Assembly (NCBI GenBank): GCA_002269645.1
Contig: NIVC01000040.1
Coordinates: forward strand, 62,001 to 126,000
Source of the DNA: Macrostomum lignano
Lineage: Eukaryota
DNA: 64,000 nt
Direction: 5' to 3'
Position 1 is the stretch's first letter, and the number at the start of each line of letters is the position of its first letter. The notes beneath the pieces are model-generated. The model did not search any database. It had not been told where the DNA came from and saw nothing but the letters and a program-made list of their open reading frames with translations. Shown in pieces: positions 1 to 13,000 of the stretch. Position numbers and translations under genes: made by a program.

Positions 1-2176
1 CAGTACAAAAGCAAGCAAAAGACGTCCAAAGGTCGCTACAGCTATCATCCGGGATTTTTAGAGGCGATCGCTGCTCAACGCCGGGTAAAAGTTGAAATGC
101 TAGACAAACTTCGCGATTCAAATCGAGACGAGGCCTACCTGGACATCGTGGCTATCAAATACGAGATCATCGATCAGGCTCAACTGGAGGACGGCACGAC
201 GCGTTATTTGCTGTTTTTAAGACGCGAATTTCTCGTACTGGACTCGATGTGGCGCAAAAATTATCGCCAAATGCACGGGTTTCCAACGGTATTCGATTAC
301 GGCTACGTTGGCGACAAGAACCACTACGGCATCAATCAGAAGTATAAAAACATTTTCACTTATCTCAATTTGCAAGGCGAGGAAGTGAAATTCTTCACTG
401 ACATTGACAATCGCAATCTGGAAGGCGTCACCAAGATCTCCTACATGGCCATGGAGCTGCTCGGACCGTCGATTGACGACTTTCGCAACTATTACGAGCC
501 CTGGTTCAGCGAAGTCGGCTTAAAACCATTCTTCGGCGTGAACACTGTGTTTAAAATAGCCGACCAGACTCTGTGCAGACTGTTGATAATGCATAAGTGC
601 GGATTTGTGCACCACGACTTGAAGCCGGACAATATTGCCATGGGCAACGGGAGGACTATGAACACCGTCTATCTGCTGGACTTTGGCTTCGCTAAACTGG
701 TGAGTAAAACGAGTTCTCAGAATGTGAATTGTGTACCTCCGCAGTTTTAAGACTCGATCGATAAAGATAAACAGTTGTTCCGTCGAAACAAGGTCCCCCC
801 TTAACCGCTTAAAAACGTTTCCGTGACAAAAATCGCTAGAGTCATTGCAAACAACTCACTAGCGACTCTTGTGACTTTTCAATGATTCAAAATAATTCAA
901 TGATTCAAAATTGACGCAGATGCGCTTTAGATGCATCTCAGTGATTCTACAGCGACTCTGGCACGCCTGAGATACGACTATACGGACTATACGGACCCCA
1001 GAGTCGTTTCAGAGTCGCAGACAATAAAACGCATCAAATTCACTCTTGGGTGGCTCTTTGACGACTTATTGGCGACTTGCACCGTGACGTCTCGTCGTTT
1101 ACTTTTAGAGTCGTCTAGATCGAGTCACTTCTTTCCTATTTGACCTGTGCTAACTGAAAAGACTTGGGCCGTTTTCATCTTGGTTAACCGTCAAATTTTT
1201 CAACATTTACCAAATTCAGGTCTCGCCAGTGAAGCAGAACGAGTGGACCGGCTCGAGAAAGTACATCGCCATTGACGCCTATTTCGGTGAAAAGCCCAAC
1301 TTTGCGCAAGACATTGAAAGCTGGTTCTACGTCATCATGGCCCTGCTATACGACGACTTGCCCTGGTCAGACGAGTACATCGTCAAACAGGTCGACGAAA
1401 ACGCCGACGAGAAGACACGCTGGGATCTGGTTAATAAGCTGAAGAAATCCTGGTGGGGCGAATACTCGGAAGCGACCAGTTTGAAAGAGCTGATCAACAA
1501 TATTGCAGCCATACACAGTCACGAGCTGCCAGACGTGAAGACCGTTCTGGAGCAGTTCCATAAGCGCGTCAAAGATCTTCGCAACTCGATGCGAAGCGTA
1601 GACGACGCCCAGACATTGCACTGCGAGTTGAGCAACACCCAGTCCAACATATTTCGCGGCTACATGAGCATAAGAAAGTCGCTGCTACAAATTTTCAATC
1701 TGCCAAATTTGAATCAGAATCCGTTGCTAGACGACGCCGAATTGAAAGCTCTGCAAGAGATGCGCGAATCCAAAGGACACTACGTCACTTTCAATTGGGA
1801 TCGGAACAATTTCGAATACGAATGGGACGTCAATCACCAGAGGTTCACTATGCGACACTCGGACACCGCCCCGCCGCCAACACTGATTGCCGAACTAGCC
1901 AACCAGCACAGCAGCTGGCGTCCTGCAACTAAAATTGGCGGCTTCGCCACCGTTGTCAACGGCATCGGGCAGCACTCTAACTGGCGGCAGCAGCAGCAGG
2001 CGATGTCGCTGGTGAGCTACAAGCGGCCAACCAGAGCTGACGAGGTCAGCTACGTGTACGATCCAAGCCGACAGCTGCTGCTGCCGAAGCACACGGGAAG
2101 GCAGAGGCTCAACATGTCCGGCGAAAGCGTGGTGCCGTTCCATCGTCGCGTTCAGGGCGTGTTCTCCGCCGTCTAG
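1..2176 (+). CDS. Divergent casein kinase 1 / TTBK-like protein kinase; exons <1-699 and 1220-2176; 5' end lies outside the window
   Basis: The frame of ORF 97-750 is open back to base 1. Motifs: VAIKYE, MAMELLGPSI, HHDLKPDN, LLDFGFAK. Donor CTG|GTGAGT at 699/700 and acceptor TTCAG|GTC at 1219/1220 (phase 0) join to WTGSRKYIAIDAY...DIESWFY...LPWS, matching the CK1 pattern LTGTARYAS...DDLES...LPW. Confidence 0.85.
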
Positions 2177-2429
2177 CCTGACCAGCGCGCCATCGCAGCA
2201 ACCAAAGAAGCACAACCAACTCCAACACAGTCGACAATTATTTTTAGTAACAAAGACCAACTCAAAAGGACTTGACTGTGCCTGATGATGAACTGCATTC
2301 ATTCGTTTTGTTTTACTAAACTGTATGCGCAGAGAATGAAATTGCGATTTCAAACGAAAATACAATATTTTTGAACTCTTTTCTTTCATGAAAAATGACA
2401 GAATTTGAACAAATTCTTTTCATAACATC

Positions 2430-4050
2430 CGCCCATCAGTGCTTGAGAATCGTTTTTTAATCGCTCTCCCCGACTCAGTGCTTGAGAATCTGCCTCTCCG
2501 CAATCTCTCACCCACTCAGTGCTTGAGAATCTGCCTATCCATTCTCCCCTACTCAGTCCTTAAGAATCTGCCTCTCCGCAATCTCTCACCCACTCAGTGC
2601 TTGAGAATCTGCCTATCCATTCTCCCCTACTCAGTCCTTAAGAATCTGCCTCTCCGCAATCTCTCACCCACTCAGTGCTTGAGAATCTGCCTATCCATTC
2701 TCCCCTACTCAGTCCTTGAGAATCTGCCTCTCCGCTCTCCCCCACTCAGTACTTGAGAATCTGCCTCTCCGCAATCTCTCCCGCACTCAGTACTTAAGAA
2801 TCTGCCTCTCCGCAATCTCTCACCCACTCAGTGCTTGAGAATCTGCCTCTCCGCAATCTCTCACCCACTCAGTGCTTGAGAATCTGCCTCTCCGCAATCT
2901 CTCCCCCACTCAGTGCTTGAGAATCTGCCTCTCCGCAATCTCTCCCCCACTCAGTGATTGAGAATCTGCCTCTCCGCAATCTCTCCCCCACTCAGTCCTT
3001 GAGAATCTGCCTCTCCGCAATCTCTCACCCAATCAGTGCTTGAGAATCTGCCTCTCCGCAATCTCTCACCCACTCAGTCCTTGAGAATCTGCCTCTCCGC
3101 AATCTCTCACCCACTCAGTGCTTGAGAATCTGCCTCTCCGCAATCTCTCCCCCACTCAGTGCTTGAGAATCTGCCTCTCCGCAATCTCTCCCCCACTCAG
3201 TGATTGAGAATCTGCCTCTCCGCAATCTCTCCCCCACTCAGTCCTTGAGAATCTGCCTCTCCGCAATCTCTCCCCCACTCAGTCCTTGAGAATCTGCCTC
3301 TCCGCAATCTCTCACCCAATCAGTGCTTGAGAATCTGCCTCTCCGCAATCTCTCCCCCACTCAGTCCTTGAGAATCTGCCTCTCCGCAATCTCTCGCCCA
3401 CTCAGTCCTTGAGAATCTGCCTCTCCGCAATCTCTCACCCACTCAGTCCTTGAGAATCTGCCTCTCCATTCTCCCCCACTCAGTCCTTGAGAATCTGCCT
3501 CTGCTCTCCCCCAGTCAGTCCTTAAGAATCTGCCTCTCCACAATTGCTCACCCACTCAGTCCTTGAGAATCTGCCTCTCCATTCTCCCCCACTCAGTCCT
3601 TGAGAATCTGCCTCTGCTCTCCCCCAGTCAGTACTTGAGAATCTGCCTCTGCTCTCCCCCACTCAGTCCTTGACAATCTCTGCCTCTCCGCTCTCCGCCA
3701 CTGAGTCCTTGAGAATATGCCTCTCCGCTCTCCCCCACTCAGTCCTTGACAATCTGGCTCTCCGCTCTCCCCCACTCAGTCCTTGAGAATCTCTGCCTCT
3801 CCGCTCTCCCCCACTCAGTCCTTGAGAATCTCTGCCTCTCCGCTCTCCCCCACTCAGTCCTTGAGAATCTCTGGCTCTCCGCTCTCCCCCACTCAGTCCT
3901 TGAGAATCTGCCTCTCCGCTCTCCCCCACTCAGTCCTTGACAATCTGCCTCTCCGCAATCTCTCACCCACTCAGTGCTTGAGAATCGTTTTTTAATCGCT
4001 CTCCCCGACTCAGTCCTTGAGAATCTCTGGCTCCCCGCAATATCTCACCT
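2430..4050. repeat. Minisatellite, 37-41-bp monomer (CACTCAGTCCTTGAGAATCTGCCTCTCCGCAATCTCTCCCC), in a JIP3 intron
   Basis: Direct reading; 41-bp period at 3241/3282. A near-identical variant segment (GTGCTTGAGAATCGTTTTTTAATCGCTCTCCCCGACTCAGT) bounds both ends, at ~2439 and ~3974. Confidence 0.97.
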
Positions 4051-7000
4051 TGATCTCCTTAGCTTTATCCAACAATGGCCGACAATAAATAGGCACGGGA
4101 ATAGGCATCGAGCTCGTAGACTGCTGCTGCGAAGGCAGCGCCCAGCCATAGGCGTGCTGCCTTCCGGTGGCGATCTCAGGTTTCAGGCGGACAACCGGGT
4201 GCTGCTGCTGTCTCTGCTGCGGCTGCGGCCTTCGCTCAGAGGCCGATAGAAAATCGTAGGCCCGATTCTGAGAAGCCGGCAGGCCCATCGCTTCGCGCTC
4301 GGCCCGGGTGGGATCGCCGGCTGGGCTCAGAGGTGTTGACGAAGCAGCCGCCGCCGCCGTTGCAGGCCTCGGAGAAGAAGATGCCGAGGTTGATGAAGAT
4401 GACGTTGCTGGACGGTATCGGAGGCCACCGCCGCCGCCAAGCTGCTGCTGCTGAGGCGAGGGAGTTGAGCCGGAAGCCAGACCGGAAACGACGGAAGTAG
4501 AGGCGGATGATGCCTGACCGGAACTGGACCGGATCTTGAAGAAGTTGGCGCTAAGGAAAGGAGGTGGTCGAGAAGGCACTGTTGAACTCTATATGGGCCG
4601 GATGATTTTCATCTTCTATGTCCCCCTTAAGAAACTTCGGTAGATGCAACTGGCATTATGATTATGAGAAAAAAATCAAGAAGCACAAAGAATACAGTAG
4701 GATTATTAATTGCAAGCATAAATAGAAAACAGTAGCTGCAAACAGTACTATGCATATTTGAGTGCTACTAATATTAGTAGACACATTTAATTTTATTTGT
4801 TATGGAATTTTCCTTGCAATTTATTCAGAGCATTTGAAAATTTTTACACTAGCGAATCACAGAACCTCAGAACTTTCCTAGAAATTTGTTTAAAGATCGT
4901 GGAATTTTCCTAGAAATTTATTTAAAAAATCGTGGAGTTTTCCTAGAAATTTATTTAAAAAATCGTGGAGTTTTCCTAGAAATTTATTCAAAAAATCATG
5001 GAATTTTCCTAGAAATTTATCCAAAAAATCGTGGAATTTTCCTAGAAATTTATTCAAAAAATCGTGGAATTTTCCTAGAAATTTATTCAAAAAATCGTGG
5101 AATTTTCCTAGAAATTTATTCAAAAAAATTGTGGAATTTTCCTAGAAATTTATTCAAAACACCGTGGAATTTTCCTAGAAATTTATTCAAAACACCGTGA
5201 AATTTTCCTAGAAATTTATTTAAAACGTGAAATTTTCCTAGAAATTTATTCAAAAAACCGTGGAATTTTCCTAGAAATTTATTCAAAAAATCGTGAAACT
5301 TTCCTAGAAATTTATTCAAAAAATCGTGAAACTTTCCTAGAAATTTATTCAAAACACCGTAGAATCCTCCACGTAAACGATTTAGTAATACGTTCTGAAT
5401 GCTCACCCAGTTAAATTTTAAGAAATGGCATAACGAATTTTTAAGCAAAAAAATTTTATGCAACTTTGTTTACAAAAAACTTAATAACTAAAAAAGTTTG
5501 ACAAGCAATATCTCCAGAGGCTGAAGCTTCAACTAAAAGAGTTCATAACAATTGTAGTAAGTATCCAGTTAATTTTTTAATAAGCATTTTGCAAGAGTCA
5601 AGCATATCATAAGTCAATTATAGATCGTATTTTGAAATAGATATTTAACAACTAAAAGGATTCGAAGCTTAAAGCAAGTAAAAATTAACCAAGCAACTAA
5701 AACAATAACAACAAATACTAATCCTGTATATACAATGCATATGCAATATGAAACCTTAGGTTTGAATGTGAACTTCAATCCAAGCTAACTATAATTTAAT
5801 CAGTATAAAACCCGCTAAAAGTTGTGCTTTCAAACTCCAACCAATAAATGGACTGAAAGTACACCAAAATTACATTAACCTAATTGAAATGCCATGAATT
5901 TTAATTACCTTTAATTGTCATTAGCCCCAAACGTCATTACCTCTAAATTTTATGACTCCAAAATATCACTACTCCTAAATATCATTACCCTAAATATCAT
6001 TACCCCCAAATGTCATTACTTCCAATAATTAATCGCGCCCAAAAATGTCGATCATCTTCCCGAATGACATTCTACAGACATGTGGCTACTCTGACAAAAA
6101 GGACACAGTCGAATGGAAGAGAGGAAAGGACTCCGGGAGACAAAGAAGCCAAGCCAGTCAGCTGAGCAGGTGAGTCAGCAGCAACCATTGCCACAACAAC
6201 ATCAATAACAGCAACAGCAGATGGGTCAAGACTAGATCAATTAGGCGGGGTCAGACGAGGTCACGTGACCGACGGGCGGCGGCGGGGCGCTGGCAGCGAG
6301 GTTCTGCGTTTCTGCAACGCCTCCATCGCCGCTACCCAAAAGACCGCTAAAGCTGAAAGCAGTTATTATATATTTATTCATTTTTTTAGTTTTTTCGTGC
6401 TACTCTTAGGACCAGATGTAAGTAGTACAAAATCGACGAAATATTTGATTTAATTTTACAAGTACTCGTAATTTTATCAGATTTTTATTTTGTCAACTAA
6501 ACTGTTTTTAATAACAGACAACAACCCATGTAAGCTCAGAAAAATCTATTTCAGGATGCTTCACGAAAAAATAAAAAAACCGTGAAGAGAACTACACCGT
6601 TCTTATTAGTAATGGCTCAAAAGGGCTTCATTTTAAATTTACTCCAAGGGCACACAGATCAGTTAAATACAGTCAATTTATTAAACACTTAAAGCTAAGG
6701 ATGGAACTGGAAGGCTTCCCATGCACGTGGCAACAGATTGCATACGCCGTGGCTTCCGTCTCAATCCCACTACTGCAGTGGCTTCCGTCTCGACCCCCTC
6801 GGGCGCTCCTATTGGCTACTACTGCCGTCGCTTCCGTCTCGACCCCCTCGGGCGCTCCTATTGGCTACTACTGCCGTGGCTTGCGTCTCGACCCCTGGGG
6901 CGCTCCTATTGGCTACTACTGCCGTGGCTTGCGTCTCGACCCCCTCGGGCGCTCCTATTGGCTACTACTGCCGTGGCTTGCGTCTCGACCCCCTGGGGCG

Positions 7001-10000
7001 CTCCTATTGGCTACTACTGCCGTCGCTTCCGTCTCGACCCCCTCGGGCGCTCCTATTGGCTACTACTGCCGTCGCTTCCGTCTCGACCCCCTCGGGCGCT
7101 CCTATTGGCTACTACTGTCGTGGCTTGCGTCTCGACCCCCTCGGGCGTTCCTATTGGCTACTACTGTCGTGGCTTGCGTCTCGACCCCCTGGGGCGCTCC
7201 TATTAGCCACTACTGTCGTGGCGTGCGTCTCGACCCCCTGGGGCGCTCCTACTGGCTAAATCCAATAACTAGGCCGGGGCTTGCGTCTCGACCCCCCCCC
7301 CTGGGGCGCTGCTATTGGCTTCTTTTTTAACCGTGGCTGGCGTCTAGACCCCTTGGGGTCCTGCTTTCTTTTTGTCTCCAATTACTAATTAGCTGAACGC
7401 CTCGAACCTTTTACTAATAATTTTGATTTTACGCACGAAAGAGACTTTATCTTTTCACAAGCAAATACTACTACTATCCTAAGAGTAGTCAAACGCATAT
7501 GGACACTGAAGATTAGTGACTAATCGAGAAGTTATATAATTATCTTTGAGACAGACAGACAGACAGATAGACAAAGGAAATAACGCTCAGCAGTAGTTAA
7601 GTAAGTGCATGTAGTACTATGATCGTATTTTTATATAGAGATAGATTGATTATAATTAGGTAGACTTGGAGTAGATAGATTTTTAAAAACTTTATTTCGA
7701 CAAAATCTCTAATTGTGTTTGCAACCACTGCTTTTTGTGATAAAAAATACCATCTAGTGATGCTGCAGTATGAGTAAATATTTACTAATATTTACGCTTA
7801 CATTAGCAATATCTAATTGAAAGAGGCAGATTTACTAAGACATTAATTAGATCACATTAAATTACGTTAAATTGCATTAGCTATTAATATCATAATTAAA
7901 AACATATTTCATAAATGTTACTCATACTGGTATTGAAGGATATGTAATTCAATATATCATTTTACCCTGATACATTTTTGGATCTTACATCGCCCGATTC
8001 AGGATCTAAGAATTTTTAATTTAAGATTCTGGGATAAAAAACTTCAGATCTGAGATCTGAGGATATTGGGATCTTTAGGATATTGGGATCTGACGATATT
8101 GGGATCTGACGATATTGGAATGTGAGTGTATTTGGATCTGAGAATATTGGGATCTGAGTGTATTGGGATCTGAGGATATTGGAATCTTGAGGATATTGGG
8201 ATCTGAGGGTATTGGGATCTGAGGGTATTGGGATCTGAGGGTATTGGGATCTGAGGATATTGGGATCTGAGGATATTGGGATCTGAGGGTATTGGGATCT
8301 GAGGGTATTGGGATCTGAGATCTAAGGATATTAGGATCTGAGGGTATTGGGATCTGAGAATATTGGGATCTGAGATCTGCAATCAAGTTCCACACGCATC
8401 TTGGACACTGCAGCACAGTAACAAGAAGACAGTTTCAAACAGATTGGCACAGCTTATAAGAAACTCACAATCCAAACAGGCTGCTGCGCTTCTTCTTCAT
8501 TTCCTGCGGCGGCTCCCGATTGGCTCTGAGCATCTCCGTCCAGCGCACAGCCTCCTGCAGCTCCATCAGGCGCTCCTTGTACTGATTGCGCTCCATCAGC
8601 ACGCGTGACATCTCAACTCGGGTGAACCGCTTGCGCTGGGCCATGGGCACCGATTCCTGTTAGGTGTGCGGGTGGGTGTGACACTTTAAGCACGTCTCAG
8701 GTTCCATTCTCGGGGGCGGGAGGGGGCACAATGAATGAGGCTTGAGCAGGCTTGACGCAAATTTACAAATGAAGCGATTAGTATATGAGCCTTCTCACTG
8801 ATATTTATGGTTAACAGGGTTCACCATTCAGAGAAACCAAATTTTATTAATGCATAAAACTCAAACAATACATGTAAATTCTACAACCCTAAAAGTTACA
8901 AATCCACAAACCCCAAACTCCACAAACCCCAAAATCCACAAACCCCAAAATCTACAAACCCCAAACTCCACAAACCCCAAAATCCAAAAACCCCAAACTC
9001 CACAAACCCCAAACTCCACAAACCCCAAACTCCACAAACCCCAAACTCCACAAACCCCAAACTCCACAAACCCCAAACTCCACAAACCCCAAACTCCACA
9101 AACCCCAAACTCCACAAACCCCAAACTTCACATACCCAAAAATCCACAAACCTCAAACTCCAGAAACCCCAAACTCCAGAAACCCCAAACTTCACATACC
9201 CAAAAATCCACAAACCCCAAACTACACAAACCCCAAACTCCACAAACCCCAAACTCCACAAACCCCAAACTTCACATACCCAAAAATCCACAAACCCCAA
9301 ACTTCACATACCCAAAAATCCACAAACCCCAAACTACACAAACCCCAAACTCCACAAACCCCAAACTCCACAAACCCCAAACTTCACATACCCAAAAATC
9401 CACAAACCCCAAACTACACAAACCCCAAACTCCACAAACCCTAAACTCCACAAACCCCAAACTTCACATACCCAAAAATCCACAAACCCCAAACTACACA
9501 AACCCCCAAATCTACAAACCCCAAACTCCACAAACCCCAAAATCCACAAACCCTACTAAACTTAACAAATCTTAAAGCGCCCACAAATCTTTGCCAACTT
9601 ACGTCTTCATCCTCGCCTCTATCGGCGTGTCTCTTGGCCTTCTTGGCCTCCTCTCGAAGCGACTTGTTCTCAGCTTCCAGCTCGGTGAGTTTCTCTTTCA
9701 GCTTATTTTTGAGAATAGTGAGCGAGCTCACTTCTTCCTGCAGCATGTCCTTTTCGCTGGCGGAAAATTAGGCGGGGTAAAATTTTGGCGAGTCGGTTCT
9801 TATGGTAGTACTATAAGTAGTATGAAGTAACAATGTGAGTGCATTTCGTATAAATTAGCTACCTTTATTTCTAGTAGCATCATTATAAAATTCCTATTTG
9901 GCTAATAGGCTGCTACCTTTATGGTAGCTTAGATACCTTTCCTAGGAACCCACACCAAGATTTTTCCTAGAAACCTACATCAAGGCGTTTTTTAGAAACC

Positions 10001-13000
10001 TAAATCAAGGTATTTCCTAAGAACCCACACCAAGATTTTTCCTAGAAACCTACATCAAGGCGTTTTCTAGAAACCTAAATCAAGGTATTTCCTAGGAACC
10101 CTCACCAAGATTTTTCCTAGAAACCTACATCAAGGCGTTTTTTAGAAACCTAAATCAAGGTATTTCCTAGGAACCCACACCAAGATTTTTCCTAGAAACC
10201 TACATCAAGGCGTTTTTTAGAAACCTAAATCAAGGTATTTCCTAGAAACCCACACCAAGATTTTTCCTAGAAACCTACATCAAGGCGTTTTTTAGAAACC
10301 TAAATCAAGGTATTTCCTAGGAACCCACACCAAGATTTTTCCTAGAAACCTACATCAAGGCGTTTTCTAGAAACCTAAATCAAGGTATTTCCTAGGAACC
10401 CACACCAAGATTTTTCCTAGAAAACTTCACCAAGGCGTTTCTTATATCAAGGTGTTTCCTAGAAACTCACACCAAGATTTTCTTAGAAACCTACATCAAG
10501 GCGTTTCCTAGAAATCTAAATCAGGGTGTTTCCTAGAAACCTACATAAAATGTTTCCTAGAAACCTACATCAATGTGGTTCCTAGAAATCTAAATCAAGG
10601 TGTTTCCTAGAAATCAAAATCAAGGTGTTTCCTAGAAACCTACATAAAATGTGTTTCCTAGAAATCTAAATCAAGGTGTTTCCTAGAAACCTACATCAAG
10701 GTGTTTCCTAGAAACCTACATCAATGTTCCCTAGAAATCAAAATTAAGGTTTCCTAGAAACCTACATCAAGGTGTTTCCTAGAAACCTACATCAAGGTGT
10801 TTCCTAGAAACCTATATCAATTTGTTTCCTAGAAACCTAGGCCGCACTTCAGGTAGTTTTGACACCTTTCCTAGAAAACCTATAGTTATAGAAAAGCTAA
10901 TCTTTTATTCTATACTTTTTAGGCTTTCTATTTGTAATTTTTCCTCACCCGGTGAGCTCGTCCACTTTTGCAATGAGATCGTCTTTGACAATGTTGAGCG
11001 CATTTCTGTTAAAAGCGTTTAAAAGTGAACAGTGATCTTATAAATTAAAAAATTAGACTATTTGGTTATCAGTACTAACTGTGAACTTACTTAGTCTCAA
11101 TGAGATCGGCGTTTTCTTTGATCAGGTTTTCGATCTCCCGACTCATTCCTGACAATTTTTTGTTTTTTTCGTTTCGTAAAGGAAATGTTAATTGACACAT
11201 TTTGTAGAATACTAAAATAAGTTTTATTTAGCACACCAGTAGACTTAACGTGACAGTAAAAGCACAATAATGCGAAGTTAGTTTTCGGATAGAAAGGATT
11301 CAGTGTACACTAAAGTGGTTGGGGTTAGTGGGATAGAAAGGATCCAGTGTACACTGAAGGGGTTGGGTTAGTGGGATAGAAAGGATCCAGTGTACACTGA
11401 ATGGGTTGGGTTAGTGGGATAGAAAGGATCCAGTGTACACTGAATGGGTTGGGTTAGTGGGATAGAAAGGATCCAGTGTACACTGAAGGGGTTGGGTTAG
11501 TGGGATAGAAAGGATCCAGTGTACACTGAAGGGGTTGGGTTAGTGGGATAGAAAGGATCCAGTGTACACTGAATGGGTTGGGTTAGTGGGATAGAAAGGA
11601 TCCAGTGTACACTGACGGGGTTGGGGTTAGTGGGATAGAAAGGATCCAGTGTACAGTACACTGACGGGGTTAGGGTTAGTGGGATAGAAAGGATCCAGTG
11701 TACAGTACACTGACGGGGTTAGGGTTAGTGGGATAGAAAGGATCCAGTGTACAGTACACTGACGGGGTTAGGGTTAGTGGGATAGAAAGGATCCAGTATA
11801 CAGTACACTGACGGGGTTAGGGTTAGTAGGATAGAAAGGATCCAGTGTACACTGACGGGGTTAGGGTTAGTGGGATAGAAAGGATCCAGTGTACACAGAG
11901 CGGCTGGGATTGTCGAGGGAGGGGTAGAAATGAGGGTACAGTGCCCAATTCCCAAGGCAGGTGGGTTTCAAAGGTTTAGAACATGCACAGTCAACACAGT
12001 AAGCTCGTAGATATAAATTTGAATTGATTTTGTTTAGTGTTAGGATAAAAGTTGACGAGTTTAAGCAAGCACAGGCAATAAAGTTTAGCAAGTCGACAAA
12101 AATCTACACAAATCAATAATAGAGTTAATCAGCTGCAACCAAATTAAGGAAAATCAGTGCCATAAAGTTATTCTAACCATAAATATTCTTACCAAACAAT
12201 CCTTCGCCGGAAGCTGCAGATAATTAATAAGGAAAAAATGATCAATTCTAGATTTGAAGTACTAGTGATTAAAAATAATCTTGAAAGTGCCGTATTGTAT
12301 TATTGTTTCAGTGTTACTATTGCAAAGCACATTATGGTTAGGCATACTTCAATCCAGAAGGATTACAATTTAGAATCAATTATTTTCATATTAAAAGTGC
12401 TACTGACACTACTTGCTATTTACCTCGGTCAAGTACTACATTAGAAATCGTAATTAAAGTTGTCACCAATATAATCCGATATTAAATTAATATTATTGTA
12501 ACGTATTTTCCAAGTTAAATACTGACAAATACAATTTAGTTAGGTCATAAATCATAATTATGGTTTCGTAAGCGTATATTCAACAATAATATTTAATATT
12601 TATTTAATTACCAAACTCGCCACTATCATCATATTCGTCCAAAGAATATTCGCCTGAATGTGTAAAAACAACAGATTGATCGAGCAATAAAATAATCGAT
12701 GATTGAATTACAATAGTTTTAAAACAATAAAATATGAATAACTAGCATAAATAAAGATGCATCACAAAGCTTGTATATATTTATCAATTTTTCTGCAACA
12801 ATCATGCTTAGTATAACTGCAAAAAAACAAAATATGCACATCAATATATATGAAAGCACTACTGAATTTACGACAGTAAACTTTAAAAAATCTAAACACT
12901 CAAACTAGGCTACTTAAAGTAGAAATACAAACATTTTAACAGTAGATTTTACTATACGAATGAAAACTAATCAAGCACTTATTTAATATAACAAACCAGT

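Noticed and set aside
1895-2389. Minus-strand ORF as the missing next JIP3 exon
   Set aside because: No LWCA/WD40-like similarity; it largely overlaps the kinase CDS antisense.
7380-7600. Possible non-autonomous Helentron-like element with a short GACA tract
   Set aside because: Termini could not be defined from one copy.
6701-9575. ORFs at 6701-7330, 8044-8416 and 8850-9575
   Set aside because: Translations of 49- and 16-bp minisatellites with no domain signal.
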